Source: Bdellovibrionota bacterium
GTDB taxonomy: Bacteria; Bdellovibrionota_C; UBA2361; JBGSMV01
DNA: 64,000 nucleotides
Direction of reading: 5' to 3'
NCBI GenBank assembly: GCA_041739995.1
Contig: JBGSMV010000015.1
Location: forward strand, 1-64,000
Positions 29,162 to 39,011 of the stretch are shown one piece after another. The notes below the pieces were generated by a model. That model did not search any database, was not told the DNA's origin, and worked only from the letters and a program-made list of their open reading frames with translations. Every line of letters begins with the position of its first letter. Positions within the stretch are counted from its first letter, which is position 1. Both the position numbers and the translations under genes were made by a program.

Positions 29162-31258
29162 TTATTTGGGCTTCTTGTCGGTCGGCGGACCTTTTGAGGT
29201 TCCCTTCTGAGGCTCTTCAGTAGCCTTAGGAATTGCGGTGACAAACCCGCGTGGACGACCACCACGTGGCATCATGTTTAGTTTAAATGGGGCAGCAGGG
29301 TCAGGACTGTCCTTCTTCGTCGCATCAACGGCATCCTTCTGGTTAGAGGAGCTCGGCGAAAACCCTGATTGACCAGATGAGTTTGACGCGGAGGGCGGAC
29401 CTCCGGGTCCAGGTCGAGATCTCCCGGCTAAGTCGTCTTGCTCCGCCGAGAAGATTTGCTCGTCAACCCACTCGGCAAGCCCAATTTCATCATCTTCTAG
29501 ACGATCACAATGGGTGATGAATTCACGGCCTTCCCAAGTTTCTGGCAATTCAGGGTTAAACCAAAAACTCCGGCCCTTAACGATTTTGCCGTTTCCTAAA
29601 TCAAACCATGCCAGCCCCTTCTCTGCGGACATCTCATGTTTGAGTTCTTCAGCGCTCACCAGATCTTCTTCATCTTCGGAGAAGCTAATTGATTGACTCT
29701 CTCCTCCGCTGCGTCGCGCTTGAAAGTCGAGAGCCCCACGCAATATGTTCGCACTCGAACCGGTCATGACGCCGGCCCCCACTGACTTCTTGGTGGTGGA
29801 AACCTTTCCGATCCATTCAGTCATCTCTGAAGCAGTACGATTGTCTCCAACCCGCATCATTACTTTGAGGTTTACGTTTGCCATGACGCGCTCGTAGAAG
29901 GACTCACTCAAGCCCAGGGCGTGATCAGTAAGACCACCAGCTGACTGAGCACCAAACAACAGAGCAAATCGCCCTTTACGCGCCAATTCGAAGAGATTGG
30001 CCCAGGTAGGCCCAAAGGTCGAAGAACCCTCATCGATAATAACCATGTGCGGGTCTTCAAGATTGTGGTGCCGGGACGAGGTGATCTCCCCAATGGAGAC
30101 CTCCAAGTCTTCACGAAATACCTTCACCATACGCGCCGCACTCTCTGCCTCTTCAAGCCGAGGCAACATGAAGTACACAATCTTTCCACGCAAAATCGCA
30201 TCGGTAAGAGTGAGATCCGTGTACTGAGTGCACAGCACCTTGCCCATATCACTTCCGGCAATGGCGTGCAGTTCCGAGGCAATGCCTCGCAGGTTATCGG
30301 TGATTCGCGCCGTATCGAGTCCGCCTTTGGGGGTGCGATAGCTTGAAGCCAGATGCCCCAGCTCTACCATGGCTTGGCGCGCCCCAATTTTGTGAAGAAG
30401 CTCCCTCAAATGTGGGTAGGCCAGGTTGAAGGCACTTAACGCCACCGCGATATCTCTAATGGACCACGCCAGCCCAAAACTCTCAAGCGCTCGTACCATG
30501 CGGTAAATGGAATCAGCAGCAAGCCGATCATAATGCTTGGTGGTGCTCTGATCAGACGTTGGTGGAAGTCCTGCGCGCAAGACCTTACGTGCCTTTACAT
30601 CCGCGCGCTGAGAGGTCAAAACAAAGTTGTAAGTATGGACGGTATCAAACGGGTCGACCACTATGAGATCTTCAATACGACCCGTTACCAACGCCATCAA
30701 AATAATGTGCGCTAAAGTGCTTGAATCACGCTTCGCATCGATGAAGGTAAGCCCGCTTGCTCTGCCGCGCGCCATCTGCTGAAACATCAGGGACTCAAGC
30801 CACAGAGTTTTCCCCACACCGGTCTTGGCGAAAACGCAGGCATGAGTGCAAAGCTCATCTTCATCAATCCAAAGCGGGGCACCGCTCTCGAGCTCAAAGC
30901 CGACCAGATAGCGATCAATCATGAGGCGCCCTTTGCTCTGCGCCTCTGCAAGCGCCTGAGCGATCGCATCGCGTTGTGGCGGCATTCCAAGAACTTGCTT
31001 CCCCCCGCGTCGCTCACTTTCTGCTCGACGCTCACGCTCGAGCCAATGCTGAGCACCAAACGCCATTGCGCTCTTTCCCAGCACAAAGGCAGGAACAGCG
31101 CCCAATAGCGCCAGCGCTGCCGGAGTTGCTCCACTTAGAAGCGGACTTGCAGCCACGCCTGCGGTCGCAAGCGCTGCCATGGAACTCCAGGTCCATGCGC
31201 GCGAGATCTCCTCCTCTCGGAGATGCGCGTGATTTGTGCGTTCGTATTCCCTTACCAT
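29162..31258 (-). CDS. traD: Type IV secretion coupling protein (TraD/VirD4/DotL-like ATPase)
   Basis: N-terminal hydrophobic segment, THACVFAKTGVGKT Walker A, FIDAK, VIIDE Walker B, ELARK..GAQS, ANVNLKVMMRVGDNRTA, low-complexity C-terminal tail. Confidence 0.85.
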   Translation of the reverse strand: MVREYERTNHAHLREEEISRAWTWSSMAALATAGVAASPLLSGATPAALALLGAVPAFVLGKSAMAFGAQHWLERERRAESERRGGKQVLGMPPQRDAIAQALAEAQSKGRLMIDRYLVGFELESGAPLWIDEDELCTHACVFAKTGVGKTLWLESLMFQQMARGRASGLTFIDAKRDSSTLAHIILMALVTGRIEDLIVVDPFDTVHTYNFVLTSQRADVKARKVLRAGLPPTSDQSTTKHYDRLAADSIYRMVRALESFGLAWSIRDIAVALSAFNLAYPHLRELLHKIGARQAMVELGHLASSYRTPKGGLDTARITDNLRGIASELHAIAGSDMGKVLCTQYTDLTLTDAILRGKIVYFMLPRLEEAESAARMVKVFREDLEVSIGEITSSRHHNLEDPHMVIIDEGSSTFGPTWANLFELARKGRFALLFGAQSAGGLTDHALGLSESFYERVMANVNLKVMMRVGDNRTASEMTEWIGKVSTTKKSVGAGVMTGSSANILRGALDFQARRSGGESQSISFSEDEEDLVSAEELKHEMSAEKGLAWFDLGNGKIVKGRSFWFNPELPETWEGREFITHCDRLEDDEIGLAEWVDEQIFSAEQDDLAGRSRPGPGGPPSASNSSGQSGFSPSSSNQKDAVDATKKDSPDPAAPFKLNMMPRGGRPRGFVTAIPKATEEPQKGTSKGPPTDKKPK

Positions 31259-31282
31259 AGCGTCACTTCAATCGTTCCCTCA

Positions 31283-31355
31283 GCAGTTCGTTCAGCATTT
31301 CACCGAGCATTTCACCGAGCAGTTCAATTCACCGCGCAGTTCACCGCACAGTTCA
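31283..31355. repeat. Degenerate 12-bp tandem repeat (GCA[T/G]TTCACCG[A/C])
   Basis: About 5 imperfect copies between the coupling protein gene and its upstream partner. Confidence 0.7.
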
Positions 31356-31369
31356 AACTGGCACACCCC

Positions 31370-33436
31370 CTAATACCCCCGAGGCGGAATAGGCGGCCCG
31401 CTTCCAGGCCCCGTCTCTGCCTCGTCTCCAAGACTCTCGTCCTGCGCTCCCCTCATGAGCCGCTCAAGCTGTTCGAAAGTAACCGCCATACGAGCGCGTT
31501 GAGCACGCTCAAGCTGAACATGCCACTGTTTTCCAAAGTGCTCTGCAAGGCGCGTGGCACGCAGCGGAACTATCCCGCGGCGCGATAACAGCCCAAGGTC
31601 GTTGCACTCCTTCGTGACTTCCTCCGGACGAATCGCCACCAGGATCAAGCTGCTCGGAGGAACAGTATAGTCCCCGACTCGCCTCGCGAGCCAACCGTAC
31701 ATTTGAAGAACGACTCTCAAGGTCGACCAATCTTTGAGATCCGCGGTGGTAAGTGATGCGCCATCGATGCTGTGTTCCGCCGCAAGATCCTTTGTCTCCT
31801 GATAACTAAGCGGTGCCACCACCTGTTCACGCACGGCGCGAGACAGCGACGCGGCTTCCGCCGCATTGTCAGAAGCCAGCAGGTCAAGCCTCTGCTTTTG
31901 GCTTACAGCCTGAACTAGTACCTCAAGACGAGCCAGGTCTGACTGGTCTATGCTTGCACGTAAGCTTCGTAGCACCGCGCGCAGCGGAAAAAGCGCTAAG
32001 TTTGAGGGGGTAGAGTATGCCCCAAGACAAAGCTCAGGACGTTGTTGGGTAATTCCTTCAAAGAACCCCTCCTGCCAGCGATAGTGAGTCTCATATACCA
32101 TTCCCAGCAACTCAACCTCATCGGTAACACTCGAGAGTTCATGAGGTATGGCCAACAAGAGCTCAGCCCACTGACGAAGTGCGCGGGTCTGAGGGTGCAT
32201 GTCTTGAGGCAACCTGACCGGAGCAAACACACTGCGCCTCGATCCAAAAATGATAGCTTGTCGAATGAGAGTTCGATCGCTGCACTCGTACTCCTTAGCG
32301 AATGAGGGAACAGAATGAAGCACTGCTCGAGCCGAAAGCTGGGGGAAATTCGATTTACGCAACCACTTCTCGCCCTCGTAGCCATAGGCGAGAATTTTTC
32401 CGGCCTCAAGTGCAAGAATCATAGTGGCAAGATGCGCCGATGGCAGCGCAGCTAACTCTTCTTGAAAATGTGGGGTGAGCACACGCCGCGCTGCGTGGGC
32501 CACGCGGTGAGCGTACTCTGTAGAGTCACAGCGATCGGATGGAATTGGTCCATCAACTCGATCTCCTCCCTGCGACTCCTCCGAAAAAGAGGCGTGGGTG
32601 GCGAGCATCGCAGAAAGGAGCGCGGTTGCGTGATCGGGAAGAGTTGCCCCAGAAAACACTTGCTCCAGCTTGCCGGTCTCTAGGCGATCGGCCACGTAAG
32701 CAGGATAGTGCGGAAATTTAAGGATCGTTGCTGCCAGTCTTAGGTTGGTCTGAGTCAGCGCATCAAAGCGCACTAATGCCTGATAGAGCGGTGAAGCCTT
32801 GGCCTCTTCCTCACTCACAAATGGCACACAAGCCAGCCCAACTATTTGCGCGTCAGGTCGTCCGTCACTATCCAATTTTTCAAGGGCAACGCGAACTCCC
32901 GAGTAATAAATGCGTCCGTTGCCCGTTTGTCCAAGCATATCGTCTGCGGTGTAGGAGCGCCAACGATCACGCGATAAATACACTCCGACCCCAAGTGCCA
33001 GAAGCCACAACTTCCAGCAACAAACCAAAATAAAAGCAAGTCGCAGCAGTGCGAAGTGGATAGAAACAAAAACGCTAGAAGCAAACGAGAGATCTACGCG
33101 ATCACCTCCGATAACCCGCGCCGAGTAGAAAAGTGCTTCGGAGAGAGCGTCAAAAAGTCGCACCTCAATGGGCAAAGCTACGAATCGAAGCCATTCTCTG
33201 TACTCAGATTGAGTTTGCAGCAGATCTCTGGCCCAACCGCCACCACTGAGGAAAAGTGCCTGACGTGCGGACCCTCCTCCCGGACCAGCGACCTCGCTCC
33301 ACCACAGAACTCCAGGAACAAAAATACTCAGCGCGAGTGCGCTCGCGATGATCAGACGGACCCAGCTACCCCGACGCTTTAGGTGCTGCAGATCCTTGCG
33401 ATGTTGTCGTGATATTGAGTCCGCGCTAAGTGCCAA
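31370..33436 (-). CDS. Large inner-membrane protein co-transcribed with the coupling protein (candidate DotM/TrbA- or DUF4400-like partner)
   Basis: Two to three N-terminal TM segments, then a large helical domain; directly upstream of the coupling ATPase. Confidence 0.6.
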   Translation of the reverse strand: MALSADSISRQHRKDLQHLKRRGSWVRLIIASALALSIFVPGVLWWSEVAGPGGGSARQALFLSGGGWARDLLQTQSEYREWLRFVALPIEVRLFDALSEALFYSARVIGGDRVDLSFASSVFVSIHFALLRLAFILVCCWKLWLLALGVGVYLSRDRWRSYTADDMLGQTGNGRIYYSGVRVALEKLDSDGRPDAQIVGLACVPFVSEEEAKASPLYQALVRFDALTQTNLRLAATILKFPHYPAYVADRLETGKLEQVFSGATLPDHATALLSAMLATHASFSEESQGGDRVDGPIPSDRCDSTEYAHRVAHAARRVLTPHFQEELAALPSAHLATMILALEAGKILAYGYEGEKWLRKSNFPQLSARAVLHSVPSFAKEYECSDRTLIRQAIIFGSRRSVFAPVRLPQDMHPQTRALRQWAELLLAIPHELSSVTDEVELLGMVYETHYRWQEGFFEGITQQRPELCLGAYSTPSNLALFPLRAVLRSLRASIDQSDLARLEVLVQAVSQKQRLDLLASDNAAEAASLSRAVREQVVAPLSYQETKDLAAEHSIDGASLTTADLKDWSTLRVVLQMYGWLARRVGDYTVPPSSLILVAIRPEEVTKECNDLGLLSRRGIVPLRATRLAEHFGKQWHVQLERAQRARMAVTFEQLERLMRGAQDESLGDEAETGPGSGPPIPPRGY

Positions 33437-33576
33437 GAAAACCTCTAAGCGTTTCGCTCAACGGAAGCCTCCTTCAAAGAGCCCCGACGCTGAGTAATGC
33501 CTAATATTATGCCAAGTTCTACCACTCGCCACGCTGAATCAACTGCCGTGGTGATTGTGGAGAAACTGCCGCTCCA

Positions 33577-33638
33577 AAACAGGGTCAATTCAAACAGGGT
33601 CAATTCAAACTGAGTCAATTCAAACTGAGTCAATTCAA
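33577..33638. repeat. 4 x 15-bp direct repeat AAAC[AGG/TGA]GTCAATTC
   Basis: Two AAACAGGGTCAATTC plus two AAACTGAGTCAATTC units in the divergent T4SS intergenic region. Confidence 0.9.
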
Positions 33639-33989
33639 TGACTAATACCCAGGCCTAATTTCATCAGACCCATTCTCGCTAGTACAATGTATATGGTTGC
33701 ACGCTGCGACTACGAAATGGTCTTAAACCTCGAAGCGCCCCCTCCGATTCACCCACCAGTTCCCCTGTATCTCTAATAATACAGATACTTTGCAACCTCA
33801 CGCCATGATTCATCCATAACACTCTCGAAGTCTGCCTGCTCTGTAGTTGCCCCGTGTCGCAGTCGCATCTTGTGAAACAAAGGTGCTCAGAGCGCAGAGA
33901 AGCTACACTAGTTGAGGATTATCAGGCGATTGTACTGCTATTTGCAGAGTTTAAGCGCGAGAGGAAACCAAGAGGAAACGGAGCGAAGT

Positions 33990-34463
33990 ATGAGTCGATT
34001 TTTCAATGTTCTTTCATTCATAGCCTGGGGCGTTATCGCCTCAAGCGCCCTTTTGAACACCTCTCTGGCCAAGGCCGATGGGATGGGGCCTGGCGGCGAA
34101 CCAGGACTCACGTCGGCGCATGAAAGCGCCCTCGAGGCTGCCCGTCTAGATAAAGAAGCAGCCGAAGCACGCGCTTCCATGGGAGAAAGTCCGTCAATTC
34201 AACAAGTTGACCCTGAAGTTCTATCAGCCGCGACTGGCCATTACGCGCGTGCACGCTCGCATCTGATCGCCGCCATCCGAGAGTTTGATCAGGGCTATAA
34301 GATGGCGAAACCAGACGCGATTTTGAACTCAAAGGAGTGGCGTTCTGACCTGATTTCCAGGGCTGAAGACCTAGAGAGAATTTTGGCCCCGCAGGCGCGC
34401 GCCAGCAAGTTCAGCGTCAAATACGACGCAGACCCAAGGCTGCTAGGGGCTGAAGCAAAGTAA
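33990..34463 (+). CDS. Secreted/periplasmic helical protein, first gene of the T4SS operon
   Basis: SD GGAG, signal peptide ending SLAKA, helical domain. Confidence 0.65.
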   Translation: MSRFFNVLSFIAWGVIASSALLNTSLAKADGMGPGGEPGLTSAHESALEAARLDKEAAEARASMGESPSIQQVDPEVLSAATGHYARARSHLIAAIREFDQGYKMAKPDAILNSKEWRSDLISRAEDLERILAPQARASKFSVKYDADPRLLGAEAK

Positions 34464-34509
34464 CTGGTCAGAACGACTATAGGAGTGAAGACAGAGGAGA
34501 TTCTATTCA

Positions 34510-34947
34510 GTGGACAATGGAGAGGTGATTCCTGGATTAAACGAAGAGTGGACGCTCGGAGGAGCGAAGCTGTTCGAATGGGTCGCAGGATTCATGATGT
34601 TCATCATCGCTTCGGAATTATTCTTCACGAATACGGGAAGAGCGATGCCGCAGTTGATGATGATTTGGGTGAGCACCACGTTTGGACTTGCCGCACTTCG
34701 TCGGACAGTTCCCGACGAGGAGCGCGGTGTACGAAACAAGGTGCTAACCGCCCTTGGCATTTCACCTCCAGGAATCCCCACTCCCGCAGCGCTGCAACCC
34801 TATTGGAGTGGCGCTCCGATGCGCGAGATGGACAAGACTTTGGCGTTTGTCGAGTTACAACTCGATATTGTTTTGGAGACTACTGAAGACGGTCAGCCAA
34901 GATTTCGAGATGACGAAGAAGATCTGAAGGTGTCAGGACGAGGTTAA
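34510..34947 (+). CDS. TraL/VirB3-like small inner-membrane protein
   Basis: Two TM segments, 145 aa, in the TraL position before TraE/K/B-like genes. Confidence 0.5.
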   Translation: MDNGEVIPGLNEEWTLGGAKLFEWVAGFMMFIIASELFFTNTGRAMPQLMMIWVSTTFGLAALRRTVPDEERGVRNKVLTALGISPPGIPTPAALQPYWSGAPMREMDKTLAFVELQLDIVLETTEDGQPRFRDDEEDLKVSGRG

Positions 34948-34951
34948 GTGT

Positions 34952-35623
34952 ATGGCGAAGGTTTCTCAGCTTACAAAAGATACCGCGCTTTTCGACGCGC
35001 GCGGTGAAACAGACACTATTCGTCTGTGGGAAAACTATCGCGACCAAGCGCTGCTTTGGCGCGGTATTGCCCTGATACAAATCCCTACATCGCTCGTACT
35101 GGTGGTACTCGCGCTCATTCTCTGGACGACTCGATCCGTCACGTTAAACGTTCCCGCGAAGCCACTTCCCGGCATGTATATCGCCAAAGAAATTCCTGAT
35201 ACCGAATTTATCGAAGTGGCCACAGACTTTATTAACCTGATTGGATCTTATCAGCCAAGCACTGCGCGTCGGCAGTTCAACCAAGCCAAGCAACTTCTGG
35301 TAGAGCCGATGCTTGCACGATTCGACAGCGAAATGATGGGAATCGAGCTTAAAGCCATCGAACAGACAACCCGTACTCAATTGTTCTTCGCCGACCCAAT
35401 TGAAACCAAACTCGAGCGCATCGATGACCGCTCAGTGAAAGTCTCCTTTGTCGGCGACAGGCTCAAACTAGTGGCGGGACAAGAGGTTCCTGCGGAGCTT
35501 ACCCGCTTCACGGTAGTACTGACCACCATTCCGCGGCAACAACTCAACCCATACGGCATCGTCATTACTAACGTGCAGTTCGAGAATCTATCTCGTGATC
35601 GAAGCCGCAGAGAAAGAAATTAA
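34952..35623 (+). CDS. traE: TraE/VirB8-like bitopic protein
   Basis: Single TM, then SVTLNVP..SYQPSTAR, VSFVGDRLKLVAG, NPYGIVIT (VirB8-type C-terminus). Confidence 0.7.
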   Translation: MAKVSQLTKDTALFDARGETDTIRLWENYRDQALLWRGIALIQIPTSLVLVVLALILWTTRSVTLNVPAKPLPGMYIAKEIPDTEFIEVATDFINLIGSYQPSTARRQFNQAKQLLVEPMLARFDSEMMGIELKAIEQTTRTQLFFADPIETKLERIDDRSVKVSFVGDRLKLVAGQEVPAELTRFTVVLTTIPRQQLNPYGIVITNVQFENLSRDRSRRERN

Positions 35624-35639
35624 GTTTTGAGGAGTAGTT

Positions 35640-36452
35640 ATGATCGCTGGATTCACACGTAAAATAGCAATCAGTGTTGGGGTACTGTCGCTGTCAATCG
35701 CCTTAATCGGCATGACCGAGTCAGCCCTTGCGCGCGATATAAAATACAAAGAAGGCGAGATCCAAGTACGAGTAGTTCCGGGAGAACCTTCTGAGGTTCA
35801 ATTCCCAGGAAAAATCTCCGGTGGCTTTAAGCGTCGTCAGTCCTCACTCTCGATCGATCGTCGTGACGACTCCCTCATTCTATTTGCGGGAGATCAACTG
35901 CCTCCAACTGGAGAAGCAATAATCGTACGTCTTAATGATGGACGTTCGTACTCGATGCGAGTAGTGCGCGCCAGCCCTGATGCCCCGCGTGATTCAGTAG
36001 TACGAATTCAGGACAGTCGCTCAAGTGCCTTTGCGGTAGACGAAGAAGAGCCAGAGTACAGAGAGAAGAACTTCGCCTATGCGCCTCCTTCACAAATCAG
36101 CGGCCTGATGCGTGAGATGGTACTTGTCACTGAATTTGGAAAGGCAAATATCCAGGGATATCGAGCTAACGATGTATATAAGGGACAGGTAGTGCTTAAT
36201 GACGGCACTATTGTAGCCAAAATTGACCGCATCTTTGTTGGATCAAATCTGTGGGGATACGTGCTCGATGCGCAAAATCAGCTCGATACTACTCAGTTAA
36301 TCAATCCCGCAAGTTTCCGCTTGGACGGCACTCGCGCAATCTCAATGCGCAACTGGGAACTGGCACCGCGCCCGATGAATGCCGAGCAAGAGCTGGCAGC
36401 AAAAGAAGGGACCAAGATTTATATTATCACGAGAGCGAAGCCAACTACCTAA
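35640..36452 (+). CDS. traK: TraK/VirB9-like outer-membrane core protein
   Basis: Signal peptide, PSEVQFP, GRSYSM, LMREM, C-terminal beta-sandwich GYVLDAQN..RAISM..KIYII; precedes TraB. Confidence 0.75.
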   Translation: MIAGFTRKIAISVGVLSLSIALIGMTESALARDIKYKEGEIQVRVVPGEPSEVQFPGKISGGFKRRQSSLSIDRRDDSLILFAGDQLPPTGEAIIVRLNDGRSYSMRVVRASPDAPRDSVVRIQDSRSSAFAVDEEEPEYREKNFAYAPPSQISGLMREMVLVTEFGKANIQGYRANDVYKGQVVLNDGTIVAKIDRIFVGSNLWGYVLDAQNQLDTTQLINPASFRLDGTRAISMRNWELAPRPMNAEQELAAKEGTKIYIITRAKPTT

Positions 36453-36503
36453 CAGTAATTCAGAGATGCGCAGACACATAGTCACAAATCTCCGGGGGAC
36501 AAT

Positions 36504-37853
36504 ATGAATCAGCGATTTCAAGATTTAGTTACATTACTGAAGCGTGACCGAAAGAGTCAGGTCATCGCCGGCGCTGTATTTCTCGCGCTGATGTTTCTGG
36601 TCTTCTCGGAACCGAAACGAGCGACAGGACCTCGGCGTGATATGAAGCTCGCCGCAGGTACTGGCGCGGCCAATAGCGACGAACGCTACTCTGACTTGAT
36701 TACACGTTTTGGTGGCGACCTTGAAGCAATCCGCGATCAAACGCACCAAACGAGCCAGATTCTTGAAGAGCAAAGGGTAAAACACGCAGAGTTTGAAAAG
36801 CGTACCGCTGAAATTTTCAAGCGAGTCCTTGAGCGCGTCAGCGAAGTAGAAACCGCGGCTGTAAGCGCAGGTCTTGGTGGCGCTGGAATGCCCGACCTTG
36901 GAAACGGTTCAGGTGCAGGGTCAATCTCAGGAGTAGGCGCTGGCGGTGCATTCGGTGACTCAGGTGGCGTTGCTGGCGCAGCAGGCCTGCCGGGGTCTGC
37001 TGGCGATCCACTTGGCGTAGGCGGCTACACTGGCGCTGGCGGGATGCCTGGCATGGCGGGCGGTCCTATGGGCGGCGCTCAGGCAATGAATGTGGGCTAC
37101 CAAGGCAACGGAGCCAATGGTGGCTTTGAGCCGGACTCACAGGAAAGTTTTGGATTTGATGATCAAAAAGTAGCGCCTCCTGCTCTTCCTCCTGCAAAAC
37201 CGATCGCAGTGGTGGGAGAAGGCGATTCAGTACGAGTAAAGATACTCGCGGGCGTAAACGCGCCGACTGACGGAACTCCTTATCCAGTAGTGCTGCAACT
37301 GACGGGAGATGTGCAGGGGCCTGATGGCTCACAATTACCGCTCGGCGAAGCACGCATGATAGCTGCGGCTCAAGGCTCCCTAACTGACGGGCGAGCATTG
37401 TTTCGACTAAGTTCTTTAAACATCAGACTTCCGAATGGGCGACGTAAGATCATCGATGACATTGATGGATACATCGTGGGCGAAGACGGCAAGCTTGGAA
37501 TGGAAGGTGTTCTCATTGATCCGCTCTCTAAGATTCTTGGAGCAGTCATGATTTCCGGTTTCGTCGAGGGAACGGGACAAGCGTATGCACAGCAACAATT
37601 GAGCGTCTACCAAAACGAGTTCGGTGGTAACACCACCGAGGTTACTGGTGACGTCTACAAGTACGGGCTGGGTCGCGGAGCGCAAAATGGCTCGAAAGAG
37701 TGGTCAAACATGATTAAGCAGCGAGCTGACCAGCTTGTGCCTCATGTTGAAGTTCTTTCTGGACGCGAAGGGACTGCTGTTTTTTCAAAATCTTTCATAA
37801 TTACAGAGCTTTACGAGGCGCTTTCAGAGGACCAGGAAGACGGCACGCTCTAA
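36504..37853 (+). CDS. traB: TraB/VirB10 (TrbI domain) core protein
   Basis: TM anchor, coiled coil, Gly-rich linker, KILAGVNAPT..PVVLQL, DGYIVGEDGKLGMEG, VPHVEVLSGR. Confidence 0.85.
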   Translation: MNQRFQDLVTLLKRDRKSQVIAGAVFLALMFLVFSEPKRATGPRRDMKLAAGTGAANSDERYSDLITRFGGDLEAIRDQTHQTSQILEEQRVKHAEFEKRTAEIFKRVLERVSEVETAAVSAGLGGAGMPDLGNGSGAGSISGVGAGGAFGDSGGVAGAAGLPGSAGDPLGVGGYTGAGGMPGMAGGPMGGAQAMNVGYQGNGANGGFEPDSQESFGFDDQKVAPPALPPAKPIAVVGEGDSVRVKILAGVNAPTDGTPYPVVLQLTGDVQGPDGSQLPLGEARMIAAAQGSLTDGRALFRLSSLNIRLPNGRRKIIDDIDGYIVGEDGKLGMEGVLIDPLSKILGAVMISGFVEGTGQAYAQQQLSVYQNEFGGNTTEVTGDVYKYGLGRGAQNGSKEWSNMIKQRADQLVPHVEVLSGREGTAVFSKSFIITELYEALSEDQEDGTL

Positions 37854-37914
37854 CGGGCATTTTCAAGTGAAGCACATCAGTGGCAGCGACAGATCAGAGG
37901 GGTAGCGAGGTTAT

Positions 37915-38400
37915 ATGAAAAAGTTGAAACAATCAGTGAGTTACAAGCACTTGGCTTCTCGAGTGGCACTAGCGGTATGCGGTCTCTCACTTGGAGCCTG
38001 CACCACGATGTCCAACGCGATGAACCCGCTATACGAAGCACCGTCCGAACGCGCGATGCTTGGGGACCGAAATGATCATGCGCTCAACGGCACAAAGACA
38101 AAGGTTGATACCGCCAGGCAAGCGCTTGATGCGATGACGACCTACCAGCGCACGAGCCTCCCTGCTCCACAGAATCCTGTAGTTCAACCCGCAGTGATGC
38201 GCCTTATGTGGGTACCTGACCGCTTGAACAAAAACGGCGATCTCATTCCTGCCCACTATTATTACCTGAAGGTCTTGAGTGACCGTTGGGCAGTGCAGGA
38301 TGCGTTCGAACTTGAAGCTCAGCTAAACGGTCCGCGCGGGGCAGCTTCAGGCCCAACGTCAAACATTCCGTATGTACTCGAGAGCGACAAGGTACGGTAG
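37915..38400 (+). CDS. traV: TraV lipoprotein
   Basis: Lipobox LGAC and VMRLMWVPDRLNKNGDLIPAHYYYLKVLSDRW TraV motif. Confidence 0.8.
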   Translation: MKKLKQSVSYKHLASRVALAVCGLSLGACTTMSNAMNPLYEAPSERAMLGDRNDHALNGTKTKVDTARQALDAMTTYQRTSLPAPQNPVVQPAVMRLMWVPDRLNKNGDLIPAHYYYLKVLSDRWAVQDAFELEAQLNGPRGAASGPTSNIPYVLESDKVR

Positions 38401-38404
38401 TAAC

Positions 38405-38959
38405 ATGAAGACTTCCGAAAATTTCTCACCCCAGCCTAAGCTTTGTAGTTCCTACGCAATTGCGTTGGTCGTTGCTGCATCACTTCTCACCAGCTGTTCG
38501 TCAAGCAAGACTCCCGAAACAGGTGCTCTTCAAGCTCATCGCATTTCGCTTCGACAAGTTCCCCCTCAGCCAGTTTACTCAAGAGTGCGCTTTGGGCTCG
38601 ACCCTTCCCCACTTCCTTCTCGCGAATTGCCTCGAAGCAATGCAGACCTGATTAATCCTATCGTGCACATGGAACTCAAAAACGCCACTCTGGAAGAGGC
38701 GAGCTCAGTTCTTGCCGCTGTTTCACGTTACACCAGCTACACCGCAAGCACGATTGCAAAGCAACGCATCTCGCTGAATATGCTTGGCACCGTTGACGAA
38801 ATTGCCAGCCATATCGCCGCTGAAGCAGGTATCAAGGTAGTTGTTGATCACGACGTGCGACAGGTTCGCTTTTTGACCGGGATCGTAACGGATGAGTCAG
38901 GCGACATGTTTACCGAGGCTAGTCCTGAAGAACCCCGGTTCTTAGGAGAGGCTCAGTAA
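38405..38959 (+). CDS. Lipoprotein with secretin-N0/STN (DotD-like) domain
   Basis: Lipobox LTSC; VHMELKNATLEEASSVLA...RISLNMLGTVDEIASHIAAEAGIKVVVDHDVRQVRF. Confidence 0.6.
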   Translation: MKTSENFSPQPKLCSSYAIALVVAASLLTSCSSSKTPETGALQAHRISLRQVPPQPVYSRVRFGLDPSPLPSRELPRSNADLINPIVHMELKNATLEEASSVLAAVSRYTSYTASTIAKQRISLNMLGTVDEIASHIAAEAGIKVVVDHDVRQVRFLTGIVTDESGDMFTEASPEEPRFLGEAQ

Positions 38960-39011
38960 GGATAGCTCCTTAGCACGTGCAAAATAGGTTTTACGCAGGG
39001 AACGCAAAGGT

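Noticed and set aside
33445..33633. Small ORF MTQFELTQFELTLFEL
   Set aside because: By-product of the 15-bp repeat, with no other coding evidence.
33437..33989. oriT / conjugative ICE interpretation
   Set aside because: No recognisable nic motif, relaxase, integrase, tRNA or att repeat in the window; cannot be excluded genome-wide.
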